A stretch of DNA of 57,684 nt from Clostridiales bacterium (lineage in GTDB: Bacteria; Bacillota; Clostridia; Saccharofermentanales; Saccharofermentanaceae). The stretch is from contig JAFWDK010000026.1 of the NCBI GenBank assembly GCA_017513085.1, positions 1 to 57,684 on the forward strand. The letters are read 5' to 3'. The position numbers were made by a program, and so were the translations under genes. Numbering within the stretch: position 1 is the stretch's first letter; each line of letters begins with the position of its first letter. Shown here one piece after another: positions 10,217 through 19,949 of this stretch. The notes beneath the pieces are model-generated. The model made no database searches. It had not been told where the DNA came from and saw only the letters and a list, made by a program, of their open reading frames with translations.

Positions 10217-11188
10217 ATGAAAAAGAACATTACCACTCTCCGCAAGTTGGTATCACTTGGTATGAGCGTGTGCGTGGCACTTACGATGACCATGCTTGCC
10301 GGATGCGCGAAGACAAGAAAGACGGTTGAGATCAAAGGCCTGACTGAGCTTAAGGCAAAAACGGAAGACAGTAAGTATCATCTTCAGGGCGCTATGGCGG
10401 TCTTTGATGGAAAAGAACTCCGGTACAGTTCTTTTGATGCAGAGACGAAGCCGATCGCCGAGAAACTCAGCAAGGAGAAGTACGAGCCTTGCGATGACTG
10501 GGATCCGGGGAAAGTGACCTATCCGATCTATCATGTGGAACTGGAAGCGATGAATCTCGATGACCGTGTTGAAATGACGGATAAAGAAGTGCTTGAGCGG
10601 TATGCGTCCTGGAGCGCTTTTTGGTCAAACGGATATCTGGTGACGAACGACGGAAAAGCTTATAAGTGCAAGATCGATTCTGATAGCGTGACGGAGGAGA
10701 TCAAAGATTTCGTTGTCTGGGGCAATAAACTCGAACTTATGCCGGTCTACGATCGGATGAGCGCGCTTTGGAAGGATAGATGGTATAAAGAGAACATGCA
10801 AACGCTCGAGGAGTATATTACTCGGACGTTCGATGGTGAATCTATGACTGTCAGTAAAGCAGATGGATGGAATGCAGCGGTAACTTCGAGAAATGACGAA
10901 GAAATCACGGTGGAGGTCAAGAACGAGAATGTGCCGGAACTATGCTCCGGCGAGTACTTTGGCCCTGTTTTCGTAAAGATCGATAACGAATGGTATTGCG
11001 TTCCGTCTGACGTGTCGAATAATCCGGATGGAGTTTATCACGATATCGGTATAATGGTGCCTCAGGGAGGGACGCAGACGATCACGAATTGGCGTGGCTA
11101 TCTTCCGAACGGAGAATATGCAGTATTTGTGGATTGTTCGAAAGATACCGGCGTATTCGAATACGTCCTGGCGGAATTTGTTGTCTGA
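10217..11188 (+). CDS. Lipoprotein with C-terminal Ig-like domain (paralog 2)
   Basis: Lipobox MLAGC; SD ggagg 10203-10207 (start 10211 or 10217); TYPIY, FWSNGYL, I..EWY motifs. Confidence 0.75.
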   Translation: MKKNITTLRKLVSLGMSVCVALTMTMLAGCAKTRKTVEIKGLTELKAKTEDSKYHLQGAMAVFDGKELRYSSFDAETKPIAEKLSKEKYEPCDDWDPGKVTYPIYHVELEAMNLDDRVEMTDKEVLERYASWSAFWSNGYLVTNDGKAYKCKIDSDSVTEEIKDFVVWGNKLELMPVYDRMSALWKDRWYKENMQTLEEYITRTFDGESMTVSKADGWNAAVTSRNDEEITVEVKNENVPELCSGEYFGPVFVKIDNEWYCVPSDVSNNPDGVYHDIGIMVPQGGTQTITNWRGYLPNGEYAVFVDCSKDTGVFEYVLAEFVV

Positions 11189-11197
11189 AAAATCACC

Positions 11198-11226
11198 TGT
11201 AACATTTCCCGGCATGAATTGTTTCA
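11198..11226 (+). promoter_or_regulatory. Shared promoter-like motif, copy 3
   Basis: TGTAAC-N17-GTTTCA inside a 65-bp intergenic gap. Confidence 0.6.
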
Positions 11227-11253
11227 TGTATAAAGGGAAGTGAGGGTGTTGCT

Positions 11254-12303
11254 ATGAGAACGGAAAAGAAAACCAATTGGGGTGTCATGCGGACGAAGAT
11301 CCTGTTTCTGGTATGTGTTTCGATACCATCACTTCTGATAGTGGGTTGGTTAGGTTATGGAGAGTTCAAGTTGCTGAAACCGAAATTGATCCCGAAACTT
11401 GAGGCCACAATGTCCGGTTTCCGTCGTGATTTGTCCGAACTGTCTTTCGCGTATTTCGATGGGAGATCAGGAAAAGAGTGGACGACGTCTCGAGTGTGGA
11501 CGGATCGTGTTACGGCGGAGCAGGAACAGGTGGCATCTGAACTTCTGAAAGAGTTTTCTAAGGCGATCGGGAAAAAAGTGGAGTGGAAAACGTCCGGTAA
11601 ATGGTCGAAGGAAATGATCACATATCCGGTATACTCTGTTTGCGTCAAGAATCCATGGAATCCTTCGAAGGGAAACGATAACACGATGTATTGTATCTGG
11701 TCGAACGGATACCTGATTTTCGATAACATGACTGTATATAAAGTCGACTTTGATTTCTCCTCGTTCCTTCTGGCTGCCGATACGGTTTTTCCTGCCGAAG
11801 AGATCCGCTCGATCCAGGGAGTACCGATGTTTAGTCTTCTTGCGGAAATGCAAGGATGGAATACGGAACACATGATTCCGTCACCGTGCTATATACCGGA
11901 AAACAAGGACATCAAGATGTCGGTCCTCTCTTATGAATATGAGTTGACCACGAATGAATTCGAAGCGGTAAAGTATGTGGATCTTCAATTGACCAACACT
12001 TCTGATTCCACCATGCTTTATAAGTGGGATTGCTATGTTGATGTGAAAGTGAATGGTTCCTGGTATCAGGCAACGTTAGATCCGAGAGTAGCATACAGTC
12101 CGAAAACCGGAAGTCCGACCACTGCCATTGAGCCGGGAGAGGTGCTGGAATTGCCGTGTTCTCTTGAACGATACGGCTCTGCGGCATTCGGAGATTTAAG
12201 CTATGGAATATCTCCATCAGATGAACGTCCCGAGATCCGATTCGTGATTGAAGTGTGGGATGAAAACGGAATTCCGTCTTATGCTCTCGCAACCCCTGAC
12301 TGA
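11254..12303 (+). CDS. Membrane-anchored exported protein with C-terminal Ig-like domain (paralog 3)
   Basis: N-terminal TM then LIPKLEA (LIPELEA in paralog 1), TYPVY, WSNGYL, VNGSWY, IEPGE. Confidence 0.75.
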   Translation: MRTEKKTNWGVMRTKILFLVCVSIPSLLIVGWLGYGEFKLLKPKLIPKLEATMSGFRRDLSELSFAYFDGRSGKEWTTSRVWTDRVTAEQEQVASELLKEFSKAIGKKVEWKTSGKWSKEMITYPVYSVCVKNPWNPSKGNDNTMYCIWSNGYLIFDNMTVYKVDFDFSSFLLAADTVFPAEEIRSIQGVPMFSLLAEMQGWNTEHMIPSPCYIPENKDIKMSVLSYEYELTTNEFEAVKYVDLQLTNTSDSTMLYKWDCYVDVKVNGSWYQATLDPRVAYSPKTGSPTTAIEPGEVLELPCSLERYGSAAFGDLSYGISPSDERPEIRFVIEVWDENGIPSYALATPD

Positions 12304-12312
12304 CAGAAAGAT

Positions 12313-13527
12313 TTACAGACGTTCTTTAAAATCTTCGTAACCGAATTCTTTGATCAGCGTGCAGTTTCCGTCATCTTCCAAAACCCAGATCGACGGAAGC
12401 GGCATGCCGTTAAAGGTGTTGTTCTTGACCATCGTATACATGGCCATATCCAGAAAATACAGACGTGCTCCGACCTGAAGCGGTGTGTCAAAAGAATAGT
12501 CGCCGATGACGTCTCCGGCCAGACAGGTGTTGCCGGCAAGGCGATACGTATATGGTTTTTCTTCTGCATCGAAACTATCTTTCAGCGGGGGACGGTAGGG
12601 CATCTCAAGAACATCCGGCATATGACATGCGGCGGAAACATCGAGGATTGCGATCTGCATACCATTCTCCACAACGTCCAGTACAGAACCGATCAGATAA
12701 CCTGCGTCGATAGCCACAGCTTCACCGGGTTCAAGATATACGTTCAAGTTATATTTTTCGGAAAGGCGCTTAACTTCTAAGATCAATCCTTCACGATCGT
12801 AGTCATCTTTGCTGATGTGATGTCCGCCGCCGAGGTTCAGCCATCGGATCTGCGGAAGCGAAAGAAGATCACCGAACTTTTCTTCGATCACTTTGATCGT
12901 CCGGGAAAGAGGCCCGAATCCCTGTTCGCAGTGTGTGTGGAAGTGTAATCCGGAAATGCCGTCAAGGAGCGTATCACGAAGATCCGATCCGGTGAATCGT
13001 CCTTCGATCCCCAGTGCACGTTCGATATCAGCGCGAAGGATGCCGAGGCGCGATCCTTTTACGCAAGGGTTATAGATGTCTGTTTCGATCTCGGAATACT
13101 CCGGGTTGATGCGAAGACCGAAAGAAGGCACGCCATCGTGTCCGGCCGCATAGGCGAGTGCACGCTCACGGTGCGCTTTCCACTGCGCAATAGAATTGAA
13201 GATGATATGGTCGCAGATGGGAAGAAGCTTGTCCATGTCTTCCGAAGTGAAAGCGGGCGCATAGACGTGTGTCTCTTTGCCAAAAGGCCTGCCCATCTCC
13301 TCGTAGCCGAGGCGTGCTTCAAAATAACCGCTGGCCGTTGTGCCGGAGATATACTTGGCTAACTCCGGATAAACCGAATAGGAAGAGAACGCCTTCTGCG
13401 CAAGAAGAATGTGCGCACCCGAACGATCCGCCACATCACGGAGTCGTTCGCCGTTACGGCGAAGAGCCGGCAGATCGATGACATATGCCGGTGTTGGAAC
13501 CTGATTTAAAGGAAGACGTTTCTCCAC
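12313..13527 (-). CDS. nspC: Carboxy(nor)spermidine decarboxylase
   Basis: LAQKAFS PLP lysine, GLHFH, NLGGGHH, EPGEA, CLAGD, MVKNNTFNG. Confidence 0.93.
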   Translation of the reverse strand: MEKRLPLNQVPTPAYVIDLPALRRNGERLRDVADRSGAHILLAQKAFSSYSVYPELAKYISGTTASGYFEARLGYEEMGRPFGKETHVYAPAFTSEDMDKLLPICDHIIFNSIAQWKAHRERALAYAAGHDGVPSFGLRINPEYSEIETDIYNPCVKGSRLGILRADIERALGIEGRFTGSDLRDTLLDGISGLHFHTHCEQGFGPLSRTIKVIEEKFGDLLSLPQIRWLNLGGGHHISKDDYDREGLILEVKRLSEKYNLNVYLEPGEAVAIDAGYLIGSVLDVVENGMQIAILDVSAACHMPDVLEMPYRPPLKDSFDAEEKPYTYRLAGNTCLAGDVIGDYSFDTPLQVGARLYFLDMAMYTMVKNNTFNGMPLPSIWVLEDDGNCTLIKEFGYEDFKERL

Positions 13528-13599
13528 AGTTCACCTCTTAAAACACGAAAATATAATGTGCAAATTGTAGCATGCGGAAAAGAAGAAGACAATCCGGGT

Positions 13600-14760
13600 C
13601 TATTTCTTCACTACGATAAGAGGGATCTCCCATTCTTCTTTTGTCAGCCCCGCATGTGCGCCAATCATTTTGGCCGCTTCGATATGTGTGTTATAAAGCG
13701 AGACTTCGGCAATACTGATGGCAAGATAATCGCCCAGCATGTCGCGAAAAACTGCATGCTCATTTCCTTTTCCGAATACGCCTTTTCCGATGACTTCCTT
13801 TTTCGGAAGAAGACAGAATTTGTCTCCGAATGTCTTCTCAAAAAGAACTGGAAATATTTCTTTGTATTCGTCTTTTACAAACAGGTTCAGCGCCCGTGGT
13901 TCGATGGATGGCAGGCGCTCCAGACACTTCATGATCTCCGGATAATCCAGGATGCAAAGCCGTTCATTATTGATGTGGCCATGGTCGGCGGTAATAAACA
14001 AAAGTGTGTCTTCCGGAAGCGATTCGGCGAATGCCTGCACCTTCTTTTCGATCTCAAGTATAGTTGCTTTTGTCTCGGAACTGTCTATGCCGGTTTTATG
14101 CATACAGCCATCCGGTTCATTCCAGTAGGCATAGATATACTTCTTTCCCGGTTTTTTGCAGAGCTCGGTAATACGGGCAAGGATCGCATCCAGATCCTGT
14201 GGAAAAGGATCGGCATACGGACTTGAATAATAAGCTTTCCCGCCTGCATCGTTGATCTTCGCTACCACAGAAGTGTATGGACAATACTTTCCAGCGACAT
14301 GAAAATCTGCAGCAGGGAGCTGCTCCGCAAGCGGTGGGAACTCTTCCCCATTTTTCGGTGGAAGCGGCAGTTCGGACATTTGGTCACGGTTAAGATATAC
14401 GGTGACATTCTTTTTTAGTTCCGGGAAAAAGCAGTCCCAGCCCAGCCAGCTATGTTCACATGGAAAAAGTCCTGTATCGATCGAAGTCGTCGCGGCGACT
14501 GTCGTTGGCGGAAAGACCGAAGAATATTGTCCCAGAAGATGCGAACGGAAAAAACCGTCCGGTTCAAGAAGAAGGTCAATGTCATAGATGCCCATGCCGT
14601 CAAGAAGCAGGATCACCACATTGCGTCGATCTTCAGCGAGGACTTCGTCTGCCATGGAAAGGGTAGGCGCGGTCGGCTTTGCGCCGAAATGCTTGAGGAT
14701 CGAGTTTGCCAGATTGACCAGACAATGATCGAAATCAGGAAGTGGTGGCAACTGTTTCAT
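13600..14760 (-). CDS. Alkaline-phosphatase-superfamily nucleotide pyrophosphatase/phosphodiesterase
   Basis: LLDGMG, SVFPPTT, EPD..MH, TADHG, GAHAG metal/nucleophile motifs. Confidence 0.85.
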   Translation of the reverse strand: MKQLPPLPDFDHCLVNLANSILKHFGAKPTAPTLSMADEVLAEDRRNVVILLLDGMGIYDIDLLLEPDGFFRSHLLGQYSSVFPPTTVAATTSIDTGLFPCEHSWLGWDCFFPELKKNVTVYLNRDQMSELPLPPKNGEEFPPLAEQLPAADFHVAGKYCPYTSVVAKINDAGGKAYYSSPYADPFPQDLDAILARITELCKKPGKKYIYAYWNEPDGCMHKTGIDSSETKATILEIEKKVQAFAESLPEDTLLFITADHGHINNERLCILDYPEIMKCLERLPSIEPRALNLFVKDEYKEIFPVLFEKTFGDKFCLLPKKEVIGKGVFGKGNEHAVFRDMLGDYLAISIAEVSLYNTHIEAAKMIGAHAGLTKEEWEIPLIVVKK

Positions 14761-14901
14761 ATAGACCTCCTTATACGCGGAAACTCCGCTTGATTTCCCT
14801 CATGATACCATATTGCGGAACATGGCAGGTGCAACCGGTAGTATACGGAGATCAGAGACGGAGTTCAGGATCACAGATGGAAAGACAGTGCTTTTGACGT
14901 A

Positions 14902-15549
14902 TTATTTTTCGAAAACGATCAGGCCGCACTCTGTCGGATGATCATGAAAAAGCACTTCTTTGCTGCTTGTTTTAAAGGTGAGTAGCTTGAAGCAGATCAG
15001 GATGTCTCCGGAACCGCCCAGCCAGAGGATGAAACCCGCGGCAAACACATACAGGTTTGCGGTAAAGATCCCGATGAGTAAAGGGATCGCTCCGAGGAAA
15101 AACATCGGAGCAAAGGAACCGATCAGATAGATAGGACGCTTAAGAGGAGAAAGACACGCGCAGTAGGGGGTCATCATCTCCTTGATATAGCCGAACTCGA
15201 TATCCTTCCAGCCTCGTCTGGCACCGAATGACCAGAAAAAACCATGGATCAATTCATGTACGACGATCAAAACCAAAGTGGAGAGCATCGCAAGCATCAG
15301 GAACAGAAAGGATGTAAAACTGTAATTGTCTATAAACGATTTTAATGCAGACGGATTACAAAGAACAAAAGCAACGATAAACGGGATGGAAAGTGCGATC
15401 GTAACGACGGCTCCCATCGTGTTGGCCTTCTTGATGGAGATAGTCAGTTCTTTCTCGTGATATCCTTGCTCGAGAAGACTTTTTTCTGTCTCGTTAAAGA
15501 TCGCCATGCGTTTCTCCTCCGCCGGCGTGAGATTTCTCTTTGCTTCCAT
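14902..15549 (-). CDS. DUF3267 family membrane zinc-metalloprotease-like protein
   Basis: HELIHG motif within TM segment, PYC, GGSGD, DHPTECG. Confidence 0.8.
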   Translation of the reverse strand: MEAKRNLTPAEEKRMAIFNETEKSLLEQGYHEKELTISIKKANTMGAVVTIALSIPFIVAFVLCNPSALKSFIDNYSFTSFLFLMLAMLSTLVLIVVHELIHGFFWSFGARRGWKDIEFGYIKEMMTPYCACLSPLKRPIYLIGSFAPMFFLGAIPLLIGIFTANLYVFAAGFILWLGGSGDILICFKLLTFKTSSKEVLFHDHPTECGLIVFEK

Positions 15550-15597
15550 ATGGTCCTCCGAAAAATGGGATAGTGTCGTAGGAAATTATAACATATT

Positions 15598-17928
15598 TCA
15601 GCTATTGATAGACACAATGCCACGGGCGCCATCGACCGTGATCCGGTCGCCGCTCTTGATCATGGTGGTCGCATTTCCGCACCCGACAACGGCCGGAATA
15701 CCGAATTCTCTTGCCACGATAGCGGCGTGGGAGAGCGGCGCGCCGATGTCCGTCACGATGGCTGACACCCGCGGAAAGACCAGCGTCCATCCGATATTTG
15801 TGGCAACGGTGACCAGGATATCTCCGTCCGAGATCTCGTCGATCTTGTCCAGATCCAGGATCACTCTGGCTGTGCCGGTGATCACCCCTGCGGCTCCCGG
15901 GAATCCTTTTACGTCTGATTTCCCGGACACATCCGTTCCGGCCTTTTCATCCCAGAAATAATCGCTTCTGCGCGAGGGGTCAGAGATCCATGCTTCCGGA
16001 TCGAATCTTCCGATAATGAGAGACGGGAAGGGCGGAAACGCATTGTAATGACGAAGCGACTCCTTGCGATGGAGGATCTTCTCTTTAGGGATCGGACCGC
16101 CACGAAGCATGTCCTGAACTTCCGGGAAAATCATCATGAAAACGTCATCCCCCAGACCATTCAATCTGCCTGCGGCAAGGAGATACTCCCTGAACACACA
16201 GAATAACCGGACACCCAGACTGCGTAAGTATTCGCGGAAAGAATTGGCATGCGCGAATTTTTGGATCTTTTTGTCGATCCACTTCTTCCTGGAAGGATAC
16301 TTTTCTTTGAATTCGGCAAGCGCGGTTTCAAAAGCATCCTGTTGCGATTTTTGCATGGCGTGCAGATCCGCACCGCTGTTTCTGTGCGCCTCCATCTGTT
16401 TTTCCAGAAAGTCCGGGTCCTCATACGGACGTGGTGCCATAAGCTCCATCTCATCGGCGCACCGGTGTCCACACGTATCCATATATTCTTCTTTGCTGAT
16501 CTTCCCGGAAAGCACATCTTCGATCAGAAGAAGCGGCTTCATGCAGTCGATCACGCCGACGCATCCTCCGCAAAGCCGGTTCGCCATATCCTCTCCGGCA
16601 ATTTTGCTGATCTTTTTTCGCGTGCTGAAAAGAGGAAACATGGCCATGCCGCCTTCTCCGAGAAAAGCAGCCAGACCGTCGTTCAGTTTCGGGATCATGA
16701 CGTTCTCCCAGTAGCGGAGAAGTTCCTCGTTCGAACGTATCGAATGGATCTCCTCGGTCAGTTGTTTGGCCAGACCCGGCATGGATTCGATCAGCTCGTG
16801 CTTCTCCTTTTTGCTGAGCTTAGAGCGGTTCTTCGGGAAGAGAAGTTTGCGAAGATTCCGGAAGAACTCCTTCTTATAAAACGGCGCAATCGGAACTTCG
16901 GCGCCTTCCGGAATGTTCCCGACAAGATCTCTGATCGCGTCAAGTGCTTTTTCCGGAGACTTGCCGAAACTTACAAGGATCGAACACATGACCGAGATAT
17001 TCATATACGGCTGGCCATAGATATTGTCGAGCCAGTCCGGGATCCCCAGCATCTCATTGATCTTTTCGAGTACGAAAAAAGTCATAGGGGAGACCGGTTT
17101 TAGGAAGATCTCGCCGACATTGGTCCTTGTCAGCATCTTGTATCCGGACAAGGTGCCGTTGACCCGGTAGGTGTCCATGTCAATGCGGCGAAGCGTAGTG
17201 ATCGGGCGGGCCTGAAGGATATAGACTTTCTTTTTGGACACGGCCCACTCGATATCCATCGGGATCTTATAAGACCTTCTGATCGCTGTGCAGTATTTCA
17301 TCAGTTTTTTAGCGTAGGGTTTCATTTCGGAAGGACCATCGTAAGCGTATTTCATGACGTTGATCCGGAAGGATTCCCCGCTTGCCTGTCCGGAGACGAG
17401 TTGCTCACCTTCGCCATGCACATAGTTTCCGATGAGATGATCTTCTTTTCCGGAAATAATATCTGATGTGAAAATGACACCTGCGAATTCCGGTTTCACG
17501 AATTGCTGGATCACCACAGCGATCCCGGAGCGTGCGCCTTCCTTCGACGCGGCACGCGAATACTCGGTGACACGGTCGTTTCCGGTTGATGAAGCAACCT
17601 GTCCGACTGCCTCCTCGATCCGGGAAGAAGGCACGTCAGTTACGGTCTCGTATTGTCCGGCAAAAGATCTCTCGCCACCGTCTTCGTTCAGCGCGGACGA
17701 GCGGACAGCGTAGGTGTGTGTGGAAGGAAGAGTTCCAATCAGTGCCCGCAGTTCTTTTTCCGCGGAAGAGAGAAGCTTTCCGTCCTCAAAAGCATCCGCC
17801 GTGATCACATATCCGAACGGCACAGCTACTTTCTTTTCTTTCATCATGCGCGCCAGCGACGTGGCTTTCCCGCCGGCAAGCGCGGCCTTGGTTTCAGGCA
17901 AGTTATCAAGTGGGAAAATATATGTCAT
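15598..17928 (-). CDS. PEP-utilising-enzyme family kinase, rifampin phosphotransferase-like architecture
   Basis: N-terminal ATP-grasp (GGKA, VRSSA..ED...SFAGQY, DIEWA, LQARPIT), central substrate domain, C-terminal phospho-His swivel (GAPLSHAAIVAREFGIP). Confidence 0.85.
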   Translation of the reverse strand: MTYIFPLDNLPETKAALAGGKATSLARMMKEKKVAVPFGYVITADAFEDGKLLSSAEKELRALIGTLPSTHTYAVRSSALNEDGGERSFAGQYETVTDVPSSRIEEAVGQVASSTGNDRVTEYSRAASKEGARSGIAVVIQQFVKPEFAGVIFTSDIISGKEDHLIGNYVHGEGEQLVSGQASGESFRINVMKYAYDGPSEMKPYAKKLMKYCTAIRRSYKIPMDIEWAVSKKKVYILQARPITTLRRIDMDTYRVNGTLSGYKMLTRTNVGEIFLKPVSPMTFFVLEKINEMLGIPDWLDNIYGQPYMNISVMCSILVSFGKSPEKALDAIRDLVGNIPEGAEVPIAPFYKKEFFRNLRKLLFPKNRSKLSKKEKHELIESMPGLAKQLTEEIHSIRSNEELLRYWENVMIPKLNDGLAAFLGEGGMAMFPLFSTRKKISKIAGEDMANRLCGGCVGVIDCMKPLLLIEDVLSGKISKEEYMDTCGHRCADEMELMAPRPYEDPDFLEKQMEAHRNSGADLHAMQKSQQDAFETALAEFKEKYPSRKKWIDKKIQKFAHANSFREYLRSLGVRLFCVFREYLLAAGRLNGLGDDVFMMIFPEVQDMLRGGPIPKEKILHRKESLRHYNAFPPFPSLIIGRFDPEAWISDPSRRSDYFWDEKAGTDVSGKSDVKGFPGAAGVITGTARVILDLDKIDEISDGDILVTVATNIGWTLVFPRVSAIVTDIGAPLSHAAIVAREFGIPAVVGCGNATTMIKSGDRITVDGARGIVSINS

Positions 17929-17929
17929 A

Positions 17930-18508
17930 TCAGTCTCCGAGCAAAAGATCGACACGCATCTCTACGTATTTCTGAAGTACATCGTCCTGTTCCAGATCGA
18001 TGCCGAAGTCTTTCTTGATGTCATCTTTTCTGTAGATGATCAGCTGCATCATGGTGGAAAGCTCGTAAGCAATGAGTTTGCACTCTTTCTCGCTTTTCCT
18101 GTTTCCGTAATGTTCCTGCACGTAAGGGTAGCTGAAAGACTCTTGCCCCAGATCCCGCTTAAAAAGCACAAAGCCGGAGATTGCCTGGGTGAATTTGTAG
18201 TTCTGGATCAGGCATCGTGCGACGATGAAATGGATCTTCTTCAGAAGATCTTTTGGAGAAAGATTTGAGGTGAGGAGCTTTTCCACGTCGTCTTCGTTGA
18301 AAAAGTGAAGATATTCTTGGTGAAATGTTGCGTAGATCAGATTCTCGCGTGAGCCAAAACAGTAGTTGATCATGCCCGGCTGGACATCGGCCCGGGCCGC
18401 GATCTCGCGTGAAGTGACCTTCATGGGATCGTCTAGTGTTTCCATTAGTTCCAACGTTGCGGCAATAAGTTTCTCTTTCGTGATCTGTAGTTTTTCGTCT
18501 TTGTTCAT
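17930..18508 (-). CDS. TetR/AcrR family regulator
   Basis: N-terminal HTH TSREIAARADVQPGMINYCFGSRENL; stop 1 bp from the kinase start. Confidence 0.9.
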   Translation of the reverse strand: MNKDEKLQITKEKLIAATLELMETLDDPMKVTSREIAARADVQPGMINYCFGSRENLIYATFHQEYLHFFNEDDVEKLLTSNLSPKDLLKKIHFIVARCLIQNYKFTQAISGFVLFKRDLGQESFSYPYVQEHYGNRKSEKECKLIAYELSTMMQLIIYRKDDIKKDFGIDLEQDDVLQKYVEMRVDLLLGD

Positions 18509-18568
18509 AGCGTACTTCTTTCTGGTTTTTCAAAGGCCCCTGAAAGATCGGATCTTATTTCCGGGCGG

Positions 18569-18619
18569 TTATTAAACGTGTTCAATAATGAAGATATCAC
18601 GATTTAAGACACGACGCAA
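18569..18619 (-). promoter_or_regulatory. tetR promoter and candidate TetR operator
   Basis: Minus strand TTGCGT-17-TATCTT; near-palindrome TTATTAAAC-GT-GTTCAATAA (18569-18588) over the predicted start site. Confidence 0.6.
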
Positions 18620-18767
18620 GTGCTTTTTGAGCAAAGAAGAATAAAAAGCCGGGACGGCGTGAAGAGAAGCCGCCAAAATCGTGAAAAGTGCTGGAAAACG
18701 GCACGTGTGTGTTATAAAATAAACTTGATCGTGATGGGGGGCAAAATGCAGGAATAGAGGTAATCCT

Positions 18768-19826
18768 ATGGGAAAATTAGAAACTGATCCTTTTATGCTT
18801 AGTGAACTGGAGACGGCGCGTGCGAAGATCCCTTCGTTTTTCCGGACATCACCTACGAAGAAGAAAGTCGTTCGGATCATTGTATTACTCCTTGTAACTG
18901 GTGCTTTTTTTGTTTCGATTTTTTATCCGCGTACGAATGGTCAAACGATCCAGAAGATCACAGATGTGAAGACTAACGAGGTGAAGTATCTCGTTACATG
19001 GACACCGAGCCATTATAGATTGGTTTTTTATCTGATCATTTTCTGCGGCATTCTTGTGGCCGGTTATGTCATTTTTTCCTTTCTTTTCGAGAGGACCGCT
19101 TTCCGTGAAGCGAACCGCAGAGCGCTGGAACTTCGGGAGCTTTCGAAGGGACATTTTTCCCGGGAACCTTTTCATGTGGAGGAAGAACCTGCACCGGAGC
19201 CGGTAGAGGAGGAGGATCCTTTTGCCGGTACGCCATATGCTGAACCGAAGGCGAAGCCGATCGACATTACGAGTCGTATGCGTGCCGCCGAGGACCCGCT
19301 TGTTGCCCAGCTTCGGGAAATGAAGGAGAAAAAGGAAGATAAACCTGCTGCCAAGGGGATTCTTGCCGAAGCAGCGGCTCTGGAAGCTCCGGCTGTGGAG
19401 AATCGTGCGTCGGAAACTCATGTTGTGGAGCGTCGTACACCTTCTACGATGCATGCGTCGAAAAATGGAAGTACTCCGACTGTCAGCCGTGCCATTAAGA
19501 GACCTGTTACGCCGTCTTCTGTGAATGGTCCGTTTAGGAAAAACTGGGATCAGGAACGTTTCGGTACCGGGCTTCTGGATCAGATCACTCCGGAGAAATT
19601 TAAGAATAAGACAGAGGAAGAACAGGTTACTGAATCGGACGAACAACAGGCAGTTACGATCGAAAACATGGAGAAGACTCTTGCCGGAGGACCACCGGAA
19701 CTGAATTACATCAATCCGTATGAGATGACGAAGATCCGCGGCCGCATCAAATCCAGTTCCGAAGGTGACTTTGATGAAGTCGACCTCTTCGAACCGGACG
19801 ACGGCATCGAGATCTTCAAGAAATGA
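18768..19826 (+). CDS. Hypothetical membrane protein, 2 TM + long charged low-complexity tail
   Basis: 352-aa ORF with SD gaggt; two hydrophobic helices. Confidence 0.65.
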   Translation: MGKLETDPFMLSELETARAKIPSFFRTSPTKKKVVRIIVLLLVTGAFFVSIFYPRTNGQTIQKITDVKTNEVKYLVTWTPSHYRLVFYLIIFCGILVAGYVIFSFLFERTAFREANRRALELRELSKGHFSREPFHVEEEPAPEPVEEEDPFAGTPYAEPKAKPIDITSRMRAAEDPLVAQLREMKEKKEDKPAAKGILAEAAALEAPAVENRASETHVVERRTPSTMHASKNGSTPTVSRAIKRPVTPSSVNGPFRKNWDQERFGTGLLDQITPEKFKNKTEEEQVTESDEQQAVTIENMEKTLAGGPPELNYINPYEMTKIRGRIKSSSEGDFDEVDLFEPDDGIEIFKK

Positions 19827-19850
19827 TCCAAACCATCAAAACCCGGCAGT

Positions 19851-19890
19851 TACAAATCCGGAGTAACTATTACAAATCCGGAGTAACTAT
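19851..19890. repeat. Perfect 20-bp tandem repeat x2
   Basis: tacaaatccggagtaactat twice. Confidence 0.9.
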
Positions 19891-19949
19891 CAAAAAAGGC
19901 AGGAAAAAACCGCCGGAGCGCATATATCCACGGAACGAGAAACAGAAGA

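Noticed and set aside
19851-19890. Tandem repeat as a mini CRISPR array
   Set aside because: No spacer between the units and no cas genes
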